From NCBI GenBank assembly GCA_965178125.1, contig OZ237739.1, positions 806,001 to 870,000 of the forward strand: a stretch of DNA of 64,000 nucleotides. The letters are read 5' to 3'. Positions 1 through 12,351 of the stretch are shown here, one piece after another; the stretch's first letter is position 1; the number at the start of each line of letters is the position of its first letter. Below the pieces are notes generated by a model. It was given only the letters and a program-made list of their open reading frames with translations, was not told the DNA's origin and searched no databases. Source of the stretch: Bilabrum cf. latius (Eukaryota). The position numbers were made by a program, and so were the translations under genes.

Positions 1-2958
1 CTCAACCTCATTGGCTGGCAGCACGGCCGCACCGCCAGGCCCGGCCCGCCCCCAGGCCGGCAATACGATGCCTGCCTCGGTATCAGTGCCGTACACCTGC
101 GCCATCACCGCCTTGTCTGCCTGCTCGTCACCGGACCCGCTGGGGTCACCCGGCATCTCACCAAGGTCTGTCAGAATGGGCACCGCCAGCCGTGTGCGTC
201 TGGTGCCGTGGTACACCGGTGTGGATGATTCGAAGCTCCATGCCAGCAAGAACGGCAGTTCGGAGGTCGACCCGATCGGCACAGACGTGGCACCGGCTGG
301 CAGTCCGGACAGCACGTCCACCGGCACAAACGGGAAGTTCTGCGACTCGGAAGGCAGGAGTCGCCTCGACACGACGCAATGTGTGCTGCCAGAGCCAGCG
401 ATCAGATTCTGCGAATCGCCCCCGCCAAATACTCCGTCCGCGTTGCCACGACCTCCAGCCAGCAGCATGGTGTCTCTCGACACGACCCGCGTGCCATCCA
501 CCGACCCGTCCGAGGACAGACGAGCCACGTTCCCTCCGTCTGGCCGGGGCGGCAGGAACCCGATACCCGTCCCATCAACCAGCGTCACGGCACCGTCCGC
601 ATCCACACCACAAAACATAAGATCTGAATTTCCCATCCCGGTCCCGGCCCCAAATCCCGCCCAGGTGGGCGACGGGTCGGATGCATCACCGAGAGAATCC
701 AGCTCCACGATGATGATCGCAAACTCAACAGTGCCGTCACCAGCGGGGCCGCCAGCCGATGAGCCGGGCACGCCGGCGTCCTCCAGCTCCTGCTCGGTCA
801 ACCCCAGCGGGCCAGCAACCTCTCTGAGCCTGGACGCCGACATGGTCGCAAACGACAGCCGCACGCCCGCTTCGGCGGACCCTTGCCACGCAGCATCGAT
901 GAAAGCGTCTCTGGTCCGGTTGAGAGCCATGGGCTGCCCGTTGCTGCTCTGGGACGCAACTCGATCTGCGGGCGCTGGAATAGCCGACACCACGAATGCG
1001 TCGTCTGGAAGCCCGGTGATCTCGTTAGCGGATCGTAGCAAGGCGGACACGCTGCGGCCCCTAACATACTGCAGCTCCAGGCCAGTCAGCAGCCCCTCCC
1101 TCTCGTACCACTCCGGGTCACCATCTCTTAGAGCGAGGAACTGCTCCTCGAGGATGGCCCGGAACAGAGGACCCACCTCGGGGCGGCGACTACTGCTGCT
1201 GCCTACATTTGACGACAGAGGGGGAGGTGGGCCCACTTCCGTTTCTGCCAGCCCGCCGACGATCAGATCAACCGAGGCGTCCAACGCGTCGGGGCACCCG
1301 CCGTACAGGCTCACGAGATCTGCCACGCGCCGTGGGCTCGCACCCGCACCGAGCACGGTGCTCCACCTCCGTACCTCGCCTGGAGCAGCGGGGTCTCCGC
1401 CCAGGTTGGCTGCATCGCCACCTCCCCCCACCAATCCAGCAGCAGCCGGGCAGCTGGTGTTGGTGAGCAGCTCCAGCGCTTGCTGGGATAGGCCAGCAGC
1501 CCGGGGCAGCTCCCCTCCGCTACTAGAGGTAGGCAAGGGCCCCGCCTCACCCACGAACGATCTCGCGGGCGGGCCGATCCCGGCCTGGTCAGCGGGATCC
1601 ATGTGTTCCCTGTACAGGCGCCTGGCCTCTCCATAGGAAGCCGCGCCCAGGTCCCTGCTCCTGGCGATCGCGAGTGCGACCGCGTCGCCGATGCCGCTCA
1701 CCTCGAAACTGCGGAACCGGGCCCGGATGGAATCCGCCGCGTACAGGCTCGGAGCTGCCGCTTGCCCCACTACCATGCCCCGCAGCAGGGGTGCCCACAC
1801 GTGCCCGGGCCTGGCCCGCTCGGCCTGCACGCCGGCCGGGTCCCTGACCTGCTCGGAGGGGGCGTCCAGCGCCGCCTCAGCCTCGTCTGCGAGCTCCAGC
1901 GGGCGAAACATCCTGGACACGGTGTCCAGGGGGCCGGCAGGGGATAGGCTGCCGTCTTCCCGGAGGCGAAGAGCGGTACCCGGCGTGCGCATCAGGGCCA
2001 GGGCCTGCAGTGTGACGAGTGCCTCCACCCTGGTGTGCGCCTTCGAGGTCGCGTTGTAGCCAGCGTACGGACGGGGCAGCTTCCTCCCCGTCAGGAGGGG
2101 TAGCCACTCCTCCACCGTGATCCGCTGCACAGTGGCCCGCACGAGGCGCCTGGCCCGCTGGAACAGGGCCTCGTCGGGCCACTCGGCGAGGCCGTCCGGG
2201 GGCGGGAGCAGCAAGGCAAGCCAACGAGCCACTCGGTTGTGCTCGATGACCAGAGCCGAATGCAGGGATGTCACCATGTAATTTTCGTTGGCGCGGCGGT
2301 CGCCGGCCACCAGGAGCATCCCAGGCTGCTGCCCGCTGTCTGCGACCATCGGGGCGCTTGCGACGTTGATTGGCAGCCCAGTAGCCTGGGCCGATCGAAG
2401 CAAACCACCGGTAGACCTGCGCATGAACTGGGCAGCTAGACCCTAATATGATACAGATGCATCCAAGAGGCCACGCTCTGAAACCTCTCCCAAATTCGAT
2501 GTTGCTCGCAGAATTGCCTGCAGGTGACCGCCGGTCTCGAGTGCCACATGGCTAGAGTTGAAATTGAAGATGCCCGCTGTCTGACACGTTTGGCTTATAT
2601 TAAGCTGGTCTGCAGGAAGATTCGTGTCCCTGGCGATGCGAACACAGCCACTGAGCGGCGAAGATGCTGACGGGCGGCTGCTGTTTCCGTTGCCGCTTGC
2701 GTCGGCGAGATCGTGCGCAATTAAATACGACCATGCCACATGCAACTGATTCAGTGAATTATAGCTGGGGCGAAGCGTCCCCTGTCCAAATACTGCTGAA
2801 ATATCACTGGCTGCCGGCTCAACCCGAGGGGGGTTCGGCACGAATTGCACGGACGTTTCTCCTTGCAGTCTACCGAAGGGAGCAAGCTCGCTGGCTGTCA
2901 GTGAGATGTAGCTAAAGAAAAGAGTTAGCGCAGCGGCACGAGCCTCAATTTCTAGCAT
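1..2958 (-). CDS. Secreted/membrane protein with an animal-type heme peroxidase-like domain followed by a DOMON domain (3'-partial; TAG read as Gln)
   Basis: ATG at 2958 with a hydrophobic N-terminus. One in-frame TAG at 2443-2445, then the frame stays open to the window edge. Peroxidase motifs: AGDRRANEN..LHSALVIEHNRVA, DEALFQRARRLV..VQRITVEEWLP, ARSRDLGAASYGEARR, ILEEQFLALRDGDPEWYE. DOMON motifs: WAGFGAGTGMGNSDLMFC ... LLAW..VYHG. Confidence 0.75.
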
Positions 2959-3071
2959 ATCTATGGCCCACTGCTGCAAGATATGTGTACACGCCTGCGT
3001 TGGTGACGTCAAGTGGAGCAACGCCGCGCAATTCGAGTTCCGCCGAGCGCGACGGCGGTTGGCAACGCCAG

Positions 3072-5408
3072 TCAGTACTCGTCCTCGTCTTCGTCCTCGT
3101 CCTCATCCTCGTCGCTAGACTCTATGTCCACCACCATGCTAACACAGCGGTCCACATGCACGGCCATGTCCTGTCCCCTGGGCACGATCTGCTGGCAGAC
3201 TGGACACAGCCGAAGGGCGGCGTCGGGCGCGTCCGCCGGCCCCGCCTCAAACCCTGCCCCCCTCCTGCCGCCGGCCCCTGAGCTGGACATACCCTCCCCT
3301 GGGTCGATCCCACCATCCAGCACCCCTTCGATCTCTGCCGCCTCCTCGAGCGACAGACCCTGCGATGAGGCCCGCTCTACCAGGCTGCCGGCAACACCTG
3401 CGCTTGGCGGCGATTCATTGCTCGGATTCCCGCCTTGTACCGCTTGTTCCTCGCTATCCTAGGGTACCTCTACTTCGTCTTCTTCTTCATCCAGCGGGTC
3501 CTTGGGCCCCCCGCCGCTGGCCCCATTCCCTTCCACTATGGACCCCGCCCCTCGACTGGCCTTCAGTCTCGCTTCGAACTGAGCCAGGAAATCGGCCCGC
3601 CGCGCGTCTCTCACCCTCTGACTGCCTGCACCCGTAGGACCCCCACCACTGGCGCTGCTGCCGCTTGTCGGTCCAACAGAGCCAATCACAGCACCTGCCC
3701 CGCTCGCAGATTCATCGGTCCTGCGTCGCTTCGGACTGTTGCTAGAGCCGCGCCCCAATTGAGGCTCTGCACCGGTACCACCGGTCCTTGCAGCTTTGTT
3801 ATCACCGCTGCTGAAGCTGTCCTCGTCTGAATCGCTCAAGAGCTCGATCGTGGCATGCTTCTTTGGGTTGCCCATTGCATTGCCTCCCGATGATGATGAT
3901 GATGGCTATGATGAAGAAGAAGAGGGCGGCTTCACGGACGGCGGGGAGGATGGCCGTCTCCTCTTGCGCTTCCCTCCTGGCACGGCTTCCGCTATCAGAT
4001 CAGGAGAGGCGGGTAGCCCGGGGATTCCAGACCCCACGATGTGCTGCAGCCGAGGCTAGACAAGCTTCTTCTTCTTCTTCTTCTTATCCTTATTTCTGCC
4101 GGTGCCCGCACTAGAGGGGGAAGAGCTCCCAGCGCGTGGAAGAGCAGGCGGGTCATTCGATGTCAGATCCACCACACCTGCTGCCGTGTGACCTGAGACA
4201 GACGAGCTAGGGCCGGAGGAGGAGCCAGAGGGGCGTGTCGGCAGCGACGGCGGCACAGCAGATGCCGCTGGACCATCAGCGCCCGCACCGCCGCTGCTCG
4301 CCCCCGTGCCCCCGCCCGCAAGGGACCTGCCTTTCCCCAAGAATCGGTCCATGGGCCCGGATTGTGGACCGCTTGTGGATCCAGTGCCTGCGTCTCCGGA
4401 CGACGCAACACCCCCCTCACCCCCACCCTTGCTCTTGCCCGTGCGTTTACCCTTCTTCTTTTTGCCGTACCCCTCTGGCTCCTTGATCTTCACGAACGTT
4501 CCTCCACACTCCTTCTGGTGCCTCGCGAACCACCTGTCGTACGGACCCGGCGGTCTGTTCATGGCGCGCCTGACGTATCCGTAGTAGAACCTCGACCAGC
4601 CGCGGCACGGCCCGTCGCATCGCCAGTGGTGCTGCTGGAACTGGCGCACTTCTTCTCCGAACGTGTGGAACTCCGTCACGTTAGTCCCGAGGATCCTGTT
4701 GCATGCCCTGGCGGCGGCCTTCCACCGCGGGCCGTGCCCCGTGGGCCCGTCACGGTTCCGCACGCCGAACCGCTTGAAGTTCCAGGCGTGCAGGCACTCG
4801 TGGATCAAGGTGTTCACGAAGTCCGACCTGGGGCGCAGGGACAGCAGCGGCTGCGACAGCGCGATGCGGATGTACCCGCCGCCCTGGTAGTAGCAGATGC
4901 CCGCGCACGACGTCATGCGCTTGCTCCAGCACACCTCGCAGCTCGAAAGCACGCCCCCAAACAGCCTACGATTCAGCTCTAAAAAGGTAGCATGCAGGTT
5001 AGGGTTCGGGTCTGACAACTCCAGGGCCGGATCGCACATGTTTGCAACGGGTGAGGCCGGGAGCATCTGCTCCGGGACGGCCTCAAAGAGCGTCAGGCCC
5101 GGCGGCGCCGTGACGGTGCGGAGAGCGTGAGCAACTTGAGCGGATGATAGCACGCCATGCGCAGCTTGGCGCATGCGCTGCCTTTCTCGGGCTACGCCTG
5201 CCGGTGCTGATACCTTCACAATCTCCACGTCATCCTGGTCTTCGCGGAAAGAGCCCTAGCCGGGAATAGACCGCGTGCTACTGCCCGGCAAGCCTGGCTT
5301 CGGGCCTCCACCACCACCCATAGGTCTTTTAGGTCCACCATCACCATTAACCAGCAGCAGCTCTTCTTGCTGCAGAGAAAGAGCAAGCAGTGCGTCTTGT
5401 TCGTTCAT
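3072..5408 (-). CDS. SPRTN: SprT-like metalloprotease Spartan (DNA-protein crosslink repair), with C-terminal UBZ zinc finger
   Basis: Four same-frame ORFs are joined across TAGs at 5256, 4056, 3906 and 3459. N-terminus MNEQDALLALSLQQEE resembles SPRTN. SprT domain WSKRMTSCAG..TLIHECLHAW..GHG, HHWRCDGPC..YYGYVRRAMNRPP. C-terminal CPVCQ..MAVHVDRC (UBZ). Ends in TGA. Confidence 0.9.
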
Positions 5409-5673
5409 CCTGCTTGAAAGACTGCACAATGTGTCTAAAGCAGAATAAGCTCGCTCCACAGTTCGATCATCAACAAAAGGTTCGATAAGGTATACACAGC
5501 TCGAGCTTAGACCTGACCTACTGTAGCTGTGATGCACAGTACGGGACACAATGTCTAAATCAGCCTGTTGCACTGCTCACACCAGCAAAGCTGCGGAGCA
5601 GCTGCCGCCGGTGATTGCGCGGCGCCGGTGATGGCCGAGTTCACCCGTGAAACCAGCGGAATAAACAACAAGC

Positions 5674-8055
5674 ATGGCGGCTGCTCATGCGCAAGGCAGC
5701 CATAACAAGCCAGCCAATAAGACTTCTAGTCATTCCCATCCAAGCCCGACAGGTGGGCAAGAGAAAGGAAATGGAAACAGAGCGGCAAAGGCCACATTGG
5801 CAAAGCAGAAGTCCATGCGCAGCGAGGCCGACGAGCTGTCCAATTGGGACTTCATTGTCCATTTTATGACTACGTTACGCCCCTACTTCTGGCCTGACGG
5901 GGTCTGGAGCAAGGTTTTGGCGTTTTCCTGCTTTATTGCGCTTGGCCTATCCAAAGTGTGCAACCTTGTCGGCCCAATCTTCCTGTCGCTGGCTGTAGAC
6001 CGTCTCGGTGAGAGGGTGTAGAATAATAACTTCGGGACGCTGTCAGACCTTGGCGACTGGCCCTGGGAGTCCCTGTGCATCTACGCTGCAATGTCGTTCG
6101 GTGGCCGAGCATTTCTCGAGCTGTAGCGGTACCTGTACCTTTCGGTGAAAGAAGTTGCCTACAGGGAGGTTGCAACGGCCACATATGACCATATCCTGGG
6201 TCTCAGTGCCTCGTTTTTCGTCAATAAGAAGACGGGTGCTGTGATGCGGTCCTTGGACCGAGGGCTAGCGTCAGCTGCCACCGTGGTGGACTACCTGTTC
6301 CTGCGGCTCGGCCCCACCTTTGTCGAAATGGTGGTCCTCACCATTATTGCAAGCCTTCGGTTCGGCCAGGCCGCCGCCGCGTTGTGCCTCCTGGGTGGCT
6401 TCGTGCTCTACGTAGCGGTGACCTTTTACCTGACCGAGCAGAGGAAGCGCATCCGAGCGAGGATGGTCAAGCAGGACAACGCCGCGACGCAGGTGGCCAT
6501 GGATGCCATCAGCCAGATGGACTTGGTGAAGGCATTCAGTGCCGAACAGTTCGAGCTGCAGCGCTACGCTGACAAGGTCCGGACCTACCAGGCCACCAAC
6601 TACGAGACCCAGGCCACGCTCGCCCTCCTCAACTCGACCCAGAACCTCATCCAGTCCGCCACCATGCTCGGTGTCATGCTCCTGGCCGCGCGCACGGTCA
6701 TCGTGGGGGAGGCATCCGTGGGTGACTTCGTCCTGATGCAGACGTACACGCTGCAGGTGTTCATCCCATTGAGCTTCCTGGGCACCATCTACTCCATGGT
6801 CACCACTGCGTTCGTGGATCTCGGCAACCTCGCGGGGCTCCTGCAGCAGCAGCCAGACGTGCAGGACAAGCCCGGCGCCAAGCCCATCCGGCTGCCTGAG
6901 AGAAATGGGGCCAAGGGCGCGGGGCCGCGCATCGAATTTAAGGACGTGGACTTCGGCTATCCCCTGTACTTTGAGTCCGCGCACGAGACGGGCCCAGGGA
7001 ACAAGGCAGCAGGCGGTTCCAAGGGCAAGGGCGGCGGGGCGGCGGCCAGTGCCGCTGCCTCCAAGACGGTACCAGGCGACGGCGCCGATCTCGAGAAGGG
7101 CCAGGGGAATGGGAAGGGGAAGGGGGAGGGCGCGGTGGAGTCCCACGTGAGGCGCGTGCTGCACGGCGTGTCGTTCACCATCGAGCCCAACACCACCACG
7201 GCCCTCGTGGGCGCCACCGGCTCCGGTAAGAGCTCCATCACCCGGCTGCTGTTCCGGTTTTACGACGTGGACAGCGGGCAGGTGCTCGTCAACGGACAGG
7301 ACGTGCGAGACGTGCAGCAGAAGTCCCTGCGGAGCGCCACCGGGCTGGTGCCCCAGGACACGGCCCTGTTCAACGACACGATCATGTACAACCTGCGGTA
7401 CGGGCGGCCCTCTGCCACCGACGAGGAGGTGATGCAGGCCGCCAAGGCCGCCCAGATCCACGACTTTATCTCTAGCCTTGAGCTGGGTTACAACACTAGG
7501 GTGGGGGAGAGGGGCCTAAAGCTCTCTGGGGGAGAGAAACAGAGGGTGGCCATCGCGCGCATGCTGCTCAAGGACCCTCCCATCGTGGTGCTGGACGAGA
7601 GCACATCTGCGCTGGACTCTGTCACCGAGAGGCGGGTGCAGCAGCAGCTGGACAGCATGGCGGGAGGCAGGACCACCATCGTGGTGGCGCACCGCCTCTC
7701 CACCATCCGGGGCGCGGACCAGATCCTCGTGCTAGACCAGGGCCACGTGGCGGAGCGGGGCACCCACGCTGAGCTGGTGGAAATTGAGGGGGGGCTGTAC
7801 CAGCGGCTGTGGAGCGAGCAGCAGCAGGCAGAGGCAGAGCTCGGGGCGGGGGAGCCCGAGGTGGGCGTCGCTGGCGCGGAGGTGGTGTCGATCGACGTGG
7901 ACGGCGATCAGGGCCAGGGCCAAGGCCAGGCGGGCGAGGCCAAGCCGGAGGCCGCGGCAGCGGGTGAGGTGAGGGCCAGGGGGAGTGGGCCTGCGGGTGC
8001 TAGTGGGGACGCGAGCGCTGCCAGCGATGTTGCTGGCGGAGGGAAGACCGACTGA
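5674..8055 (+). CDS. ABCB6/HMT1/ATM1-type half ABC transporter
   Basis: LRPYFWP N-terminus, transmembrane domain, Walker A GATGSGKS, LSGGEKQR, LDESTSALD. In-frame TAGs at 6019 and 6124 (FLEL*RYLYLSV). Ends in TGA. Confidence 0.9.
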
Positions 8056-8326
8056 GAGGCTCAGCGCTGGGGCCAAGGGACAAGACCCGATCTATTGCTG
8101 CCGTCGTCCCGCCTAGCTGGACGACTCTATGGCGTTAGAGTAGCGGGCAATGTGGTTCACGGCGTGTATGCCTGTACATCTGCAGTTTTGGAACTGCGAT
8201 TCTATTTCTAGACAGCTCTGTGCGCACTGCAAGCAACAACAACCGTCGAGCTCCGTGAGCAACTCGGAGTCAAACTGTTGAACTTCGCCCCATCGCGCGC
8301 CTTGCTGACAACAAAGTGAATTTTTG

Positions 8327-9526
8327 ATGAGCTCAGCACCTCAACACGGTCTGTCGGCTGCTCTTGCAGCGAAACGAGAAGCGACGAAAGCCCAATTTGA
8401 TGACAAGGTAGCAAGATTGACAGCGGGCATCAAGACGAAATCTCTCGAGGACACCTTTGCCGCTGATTCGGGAGAATCTGGGACAGGCAAAGCCCCAGCT
8501 GGGCTTCCAAATAAATATGGCTTGATAACTGCGGCAGAGCTGGCCAAAGATGTTTCTCAGGCTGACGGCGGATCGCAACAGTTGGCCACCCAGACTGCAG
8601 CTAAGGAAGGCTCTACCGCCACTGTTCGCAAAGCCAGGGCCATGAAACGGAAAAGATAGAAATTATCGTTTACACACGGGGCGTCTGATTCTGACAGTGA
8701 AGATAACCCGCTGGCTCTTCGCAAGAAACGAAAGCGCAAGCGCGCCTAGCCTGAAAGCGCAACAGAGTCGTAGAGCACGAAAGCGTCGGCTGGCACGGCA
8801 TCTATTGATACGGCCGGGGGCAGAACCGACGCGCAGCCCAGCAAATATGTTGTAGATAGGTCTTCGGCTTCTACCTCCGCCGCGCATGCGCCCACGCGGG
8901 ACGCATCGTCGGACGTCTCGTTCTTGCTGCAGCACGACGCCGACCGCAAGGCCCAGGAGATCAAGAAGGCCCTGGAGGCTGAGTGGATGGAGCGAGAGAC
9001 GCGATTGAAGCGAAGCAAGATCACAGTGACCTACAGCTACTGGGACGGCAGCGGGCACAGGCGCCAGATCAAGGTGCCTCGAGGGGCGACCATCGGCCGC
9101 TTCCTCGAGTGGGTGAGGCAGGACCTCAGCGCGGAGTTCCCAGAGCTCGCCAAGATATCCGCGGACGGGCTTCTGTACGTGAAGGAAGACCTGATCCTCC
9201 CACATTCGTGCGACTTCCACTCTCTGATAGAGACCAAGGCCAGGGGCAAGAGCGGGCCCCTGTTCGTGTTCGAGGTGGTCGAGGACGTGAGGCTGTCAAC
9301 TGACCACAGGGAGGAAGCAGCGCCCGTGGAGAGCCACCCAGGCAAGGTGGTGGAGCGGAGGTGGTACGAGGCCAACAAGCACGTCTTCCCCGCCAGCAGG
9401 TGGGAGCTCTTTGACGCGCAGCAGGCGCACAGGGACGGCCCTTATACGACCCACGGCGACGAGGTGCGGGGCAAGCGGGCCAAGGAGGGGGCTGGGGCAG
9501 GAGCTGCGAGCGGGGCCACAACATGA
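8327..9526 (+). CDS. FAM50: FAM50/XAP5 (XCT) family nuclear protein
   Basis: Motifs ITVTYSYWDGSGHRR, LLYVKEDLILPH, KARGKSGPLF, ESHPGKVVERRWYEANKHVFPASRWE. The N-terminal half is joined via TAGs at 8657, 8747 and 8771. Ends in TGA. Confidence 0.9.
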
Positions 9527-9645
9527 CGGGGACGTGGTGCATCCGATGCGCGCGCATCGGATGCTAGAAATTGAGTTATTCGGTACTGCATGACAGCTTT
9601 CTTTCTGTCATATTCAAGCGGTTGCAACCCAACGAATGCCATTCG

Positions 9646-11797
9646 TCACATCTCGTCGTCGTCCATTCCGGCGCTGCCCATATCCATGGCATTCGTGTGG
9701 GACTCGTCCTCGTCCTCGTCCTCATCTCCCTCCATCGCCTTGGACCCGCTCGCCGCCCCGCTGCCGTCACCGCTGCTGGCCGCAGCCTGGAAGCTGATCT
9801 TGCTTGGGCCCGAGGACGCCGACTTGAGCTTGAACCCAGCCACCTCGCCCGCGGCGGCCGCCCGATCCGCGGCCGCCTGCTTGCCCTCCTCCCTGGCCTT
9901 GGCCACTGCCTCCACCCTCGCGCTTACCATCGACTTCGACAGCCCGAACCGCAATGGGCTGCACTCGAGCGAGTCCAGGTCAACCAGCACAGCCTCGCCA
10001 GTGCGCCGGAAACTCGGCACCGACACAAAGAGCGACTTGCGAGAAGCGTCCCCGTGTCCCAGCGCGCCGTCGGGCACCTGCGGCGCAGCACCGCTCACCT
10101 CGACTGCGCCGAACCCCGGCTGGCTGCCTGCAAACACAACGTGCGGCTGGGTCTCCGCGTCCTCTGACTCCATCACGAACGGGTCAGTCTGGCTGAACGG
10201 ATAGCTTGCCAGCGTGTCGGGGGCCGTGGGTGCCAGGTGCCTCCACATGCACGTGTTGGCCAGCACGCGGGCCCTGGACAGGCCCTCCCCGGCGCCGAAC
10301 TCCCTCACGCCCTCAGAGGCACCGGTGCTGCTGCTGGTGCTGGCGCTGCTGGAACCCGCCCCTGAGGACGCGGGTGGGACGTCCGCCCCATCGTCGGTCA
10401 TGGGTGCAGAGCCGCTCCCGCCACCCGCAGGCGCGCCCCCAGAGGCAGCCAGCGTGGCGGGCAGCAGCCCCCGGGCCGTGGTGAACCTGCATATGTCGTC
10501 CACAGGCTGTCCCCCGTGCCCCAGCAGCCTCACCCGCCCTATCTCGCACTCGTGCGGGTTAGAGGCCAGCACCACCATCCCCTTGGAGGCGTATCGCAGG
10601 GTGCGCGGGAGGTTAACGGGCATGAGTGGCTGCTGCGGCATGGTGAGGTTGGTGAGGTCATCCTGCCCCGGGACGATGTCCACGGGGCAGGACGCGGCCA
10701 CCTGCGAGAGCCAGAGGTCTGCCTCCTGCATGGGCAGGGCCAGGCGCTGCTGCTCCGCAAGGGACAGCGCCTTGGCCACCAGGGATGCGTCTTCGTCCTC
10801 TCGCACCATGTTCCCTGCCACGATCACCCGGCAGATCTTGGCCGCCCCCGCGATCGCGCCGGGGGGGCCCAGGCAGCCCATGATGAACTCCAGCAGCATC
10901 TGCCTCGGCAAAGGGTCGCAGGCACCGTCTCCGAACCCGAGGTCCGACACGAGAAGCACGCTTCCCCGTCCGGCCCCCGCCCCGCCAGCCGCGCTTGCGC
11001 CACTCCCGCCAGAGCTGCTGGCCGACGACGAGGCAGCGGAAGACGAGGACGAGGACGAGGACGAGGACGGCGCAGCCCCTGTGCCAGCCGCAGGGGAGAG
11101 GCTGCTGACAGCGGGCGGCAGGGACAGGCCGGAGAAGGCGATCGCGCTCACCACCAGGGCGCCCGCCGCGTTCACCGTGCCTCGCACGGCTGCGCCCATC
11201 CCTGTGACCACTGCATCCACGGGGAGACTGAGGCCGCCCGCACCCTCTGACTCGAGGGAGATGCGACCGGAGGTGTCCTCCAGGATGAGGGAGTCGTCCT
11301 CTGAGCAGAACGAGCTGCCGTCTTGCTTGCCGTCAGTCACTGGCGTGACGCCCTGCGGAGAGGAAGCTAAGGTTGGATGCGCGTCTCAACTTTGCACGGG
11401 CGGGGCAGCGCGACGAGCAAGTCAGCAGGCAAGTTTTACTCACGTCAGCACTGAATTCGTCGAGAGCACTCGGCTTCTTGGCCTATTCCTTGTACACTGT
11501 GCCGACCACGACGCGCTCCTGCCCCTGCCGCAAGTCGATCACCCGGTCCAGTATTCTGGCCTCACTTTTACCGGGCTAGGCCGCAGCAATGCGCTTGGCG
11601 GCCTTCATGAGATACGGTCGCAATGCCCGAACCCTCCGCACATAAATGTGATTGTACTGGCGCTCAAATTTCCTTTCTCGAATGACATATCTTCCAAAGC
11701 AAGGTCTGTAGGGCTGCACAAGGCGGTCTACCTTGGAGTCGGTAGAATCCGATTTTGATGAGTCCAAAGGATCAAACGATTTGCCAGGTTTCTCCAT
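9646..11797 (-). CDS. POLD2: DNA polymerase delta small subunit (one intron, 11353-11443)
   Basis: Motifs RQYNHIYVRR, VVGTVYKE*AKKPSAL, DDSLILEDTSGRI, PQQPL, HLAPTAPDTLASYPF..DPF. A GTGAGT..CCGCAG intron restores the frame. TAGs at 11576 and 11483. Confidence 0.92.
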
Positions 11798-12070
11798 AAA
11801 CTCATCAGAAGAGGGTGCACTGCGAGGTGCAAATGTCGGATTGGCACTGAGCGGGCCGTCGTGCAAAATTTTAAGATCGTCGCGCAGCAGTAACCCAACT
11901 AAATACGATCGTATACTATACTTAGTGATATAATGGTCTCACGATCGGAGGGTCTCTAAGGCCATGGTGCAAGCGGGCAAAATAGTGCACTGTTTTGAAT
12001 AATTCAGTTTTCCCTGTCAAACCACACGCAACCACATTGTGACGCGACCGCGCGCGATTGGGTGCTCGGG

Positions 12071-12127
12071 CTCGCCTGCTAAGTGAATGTGTAGTTCGCA
12101 CGCGCAGGTTCAAATCCTGCATCATCT
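12071..12127 (+). pseudogene. tRNA-Ser(GCU)-derived 3' fragment (anticodon arm, long variable arm, T arm; no recognisable D arm or acceptor stem)
   Basis: TCGC-CTGCTAA-GTGA anticodon stem-loop (GCT at 12078-12080), TGTG..CGCA variable arm and GCAGG-TTCAAAT-CCTGC T arm. The upstream sequence cannot pair with the 3' acceptor strand. Confidence 0.6.
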
Positions 12128-12351
12128 TTGGATTCCGGTGTGGTCAACATAGGTACACCATGCACCAAAGATTAGCAGGTTGTCTTTCTAGGGCTACAAT
12201 CCACGCCTCCTTGCAATTCAACACCATCTTTGGACGGCCAACGCAACCATTCAAGCTTTCACACGCATGGGCCGCCGCCAGCACACGCTCGCACCACGAG
12301 GAGACCCATCTCCCCCGCTGCGGGCCGGGCGTGCTGCTCCCTGTAGCCCAG

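Noticed and set aside
11-1636. Long antisense or alternative-frame ORFs (e.g. 11-1636 +, 10214-11758 +, 12757-14271 +, 23467-24810 -, 56901-58235 -)
   Set aside because: These are shadow ORFs of GC-rich genes on the opposite strand, with no recognisable motifs.
11925-11975. Possible suppressor tRNA(CUA) around 'GGTCTCTAAGGCC'
   Set aside because: The anticodon stem is poor and there is no T arm or acceptor stem. No tRNA-Gln(CUA) is visible in this window.
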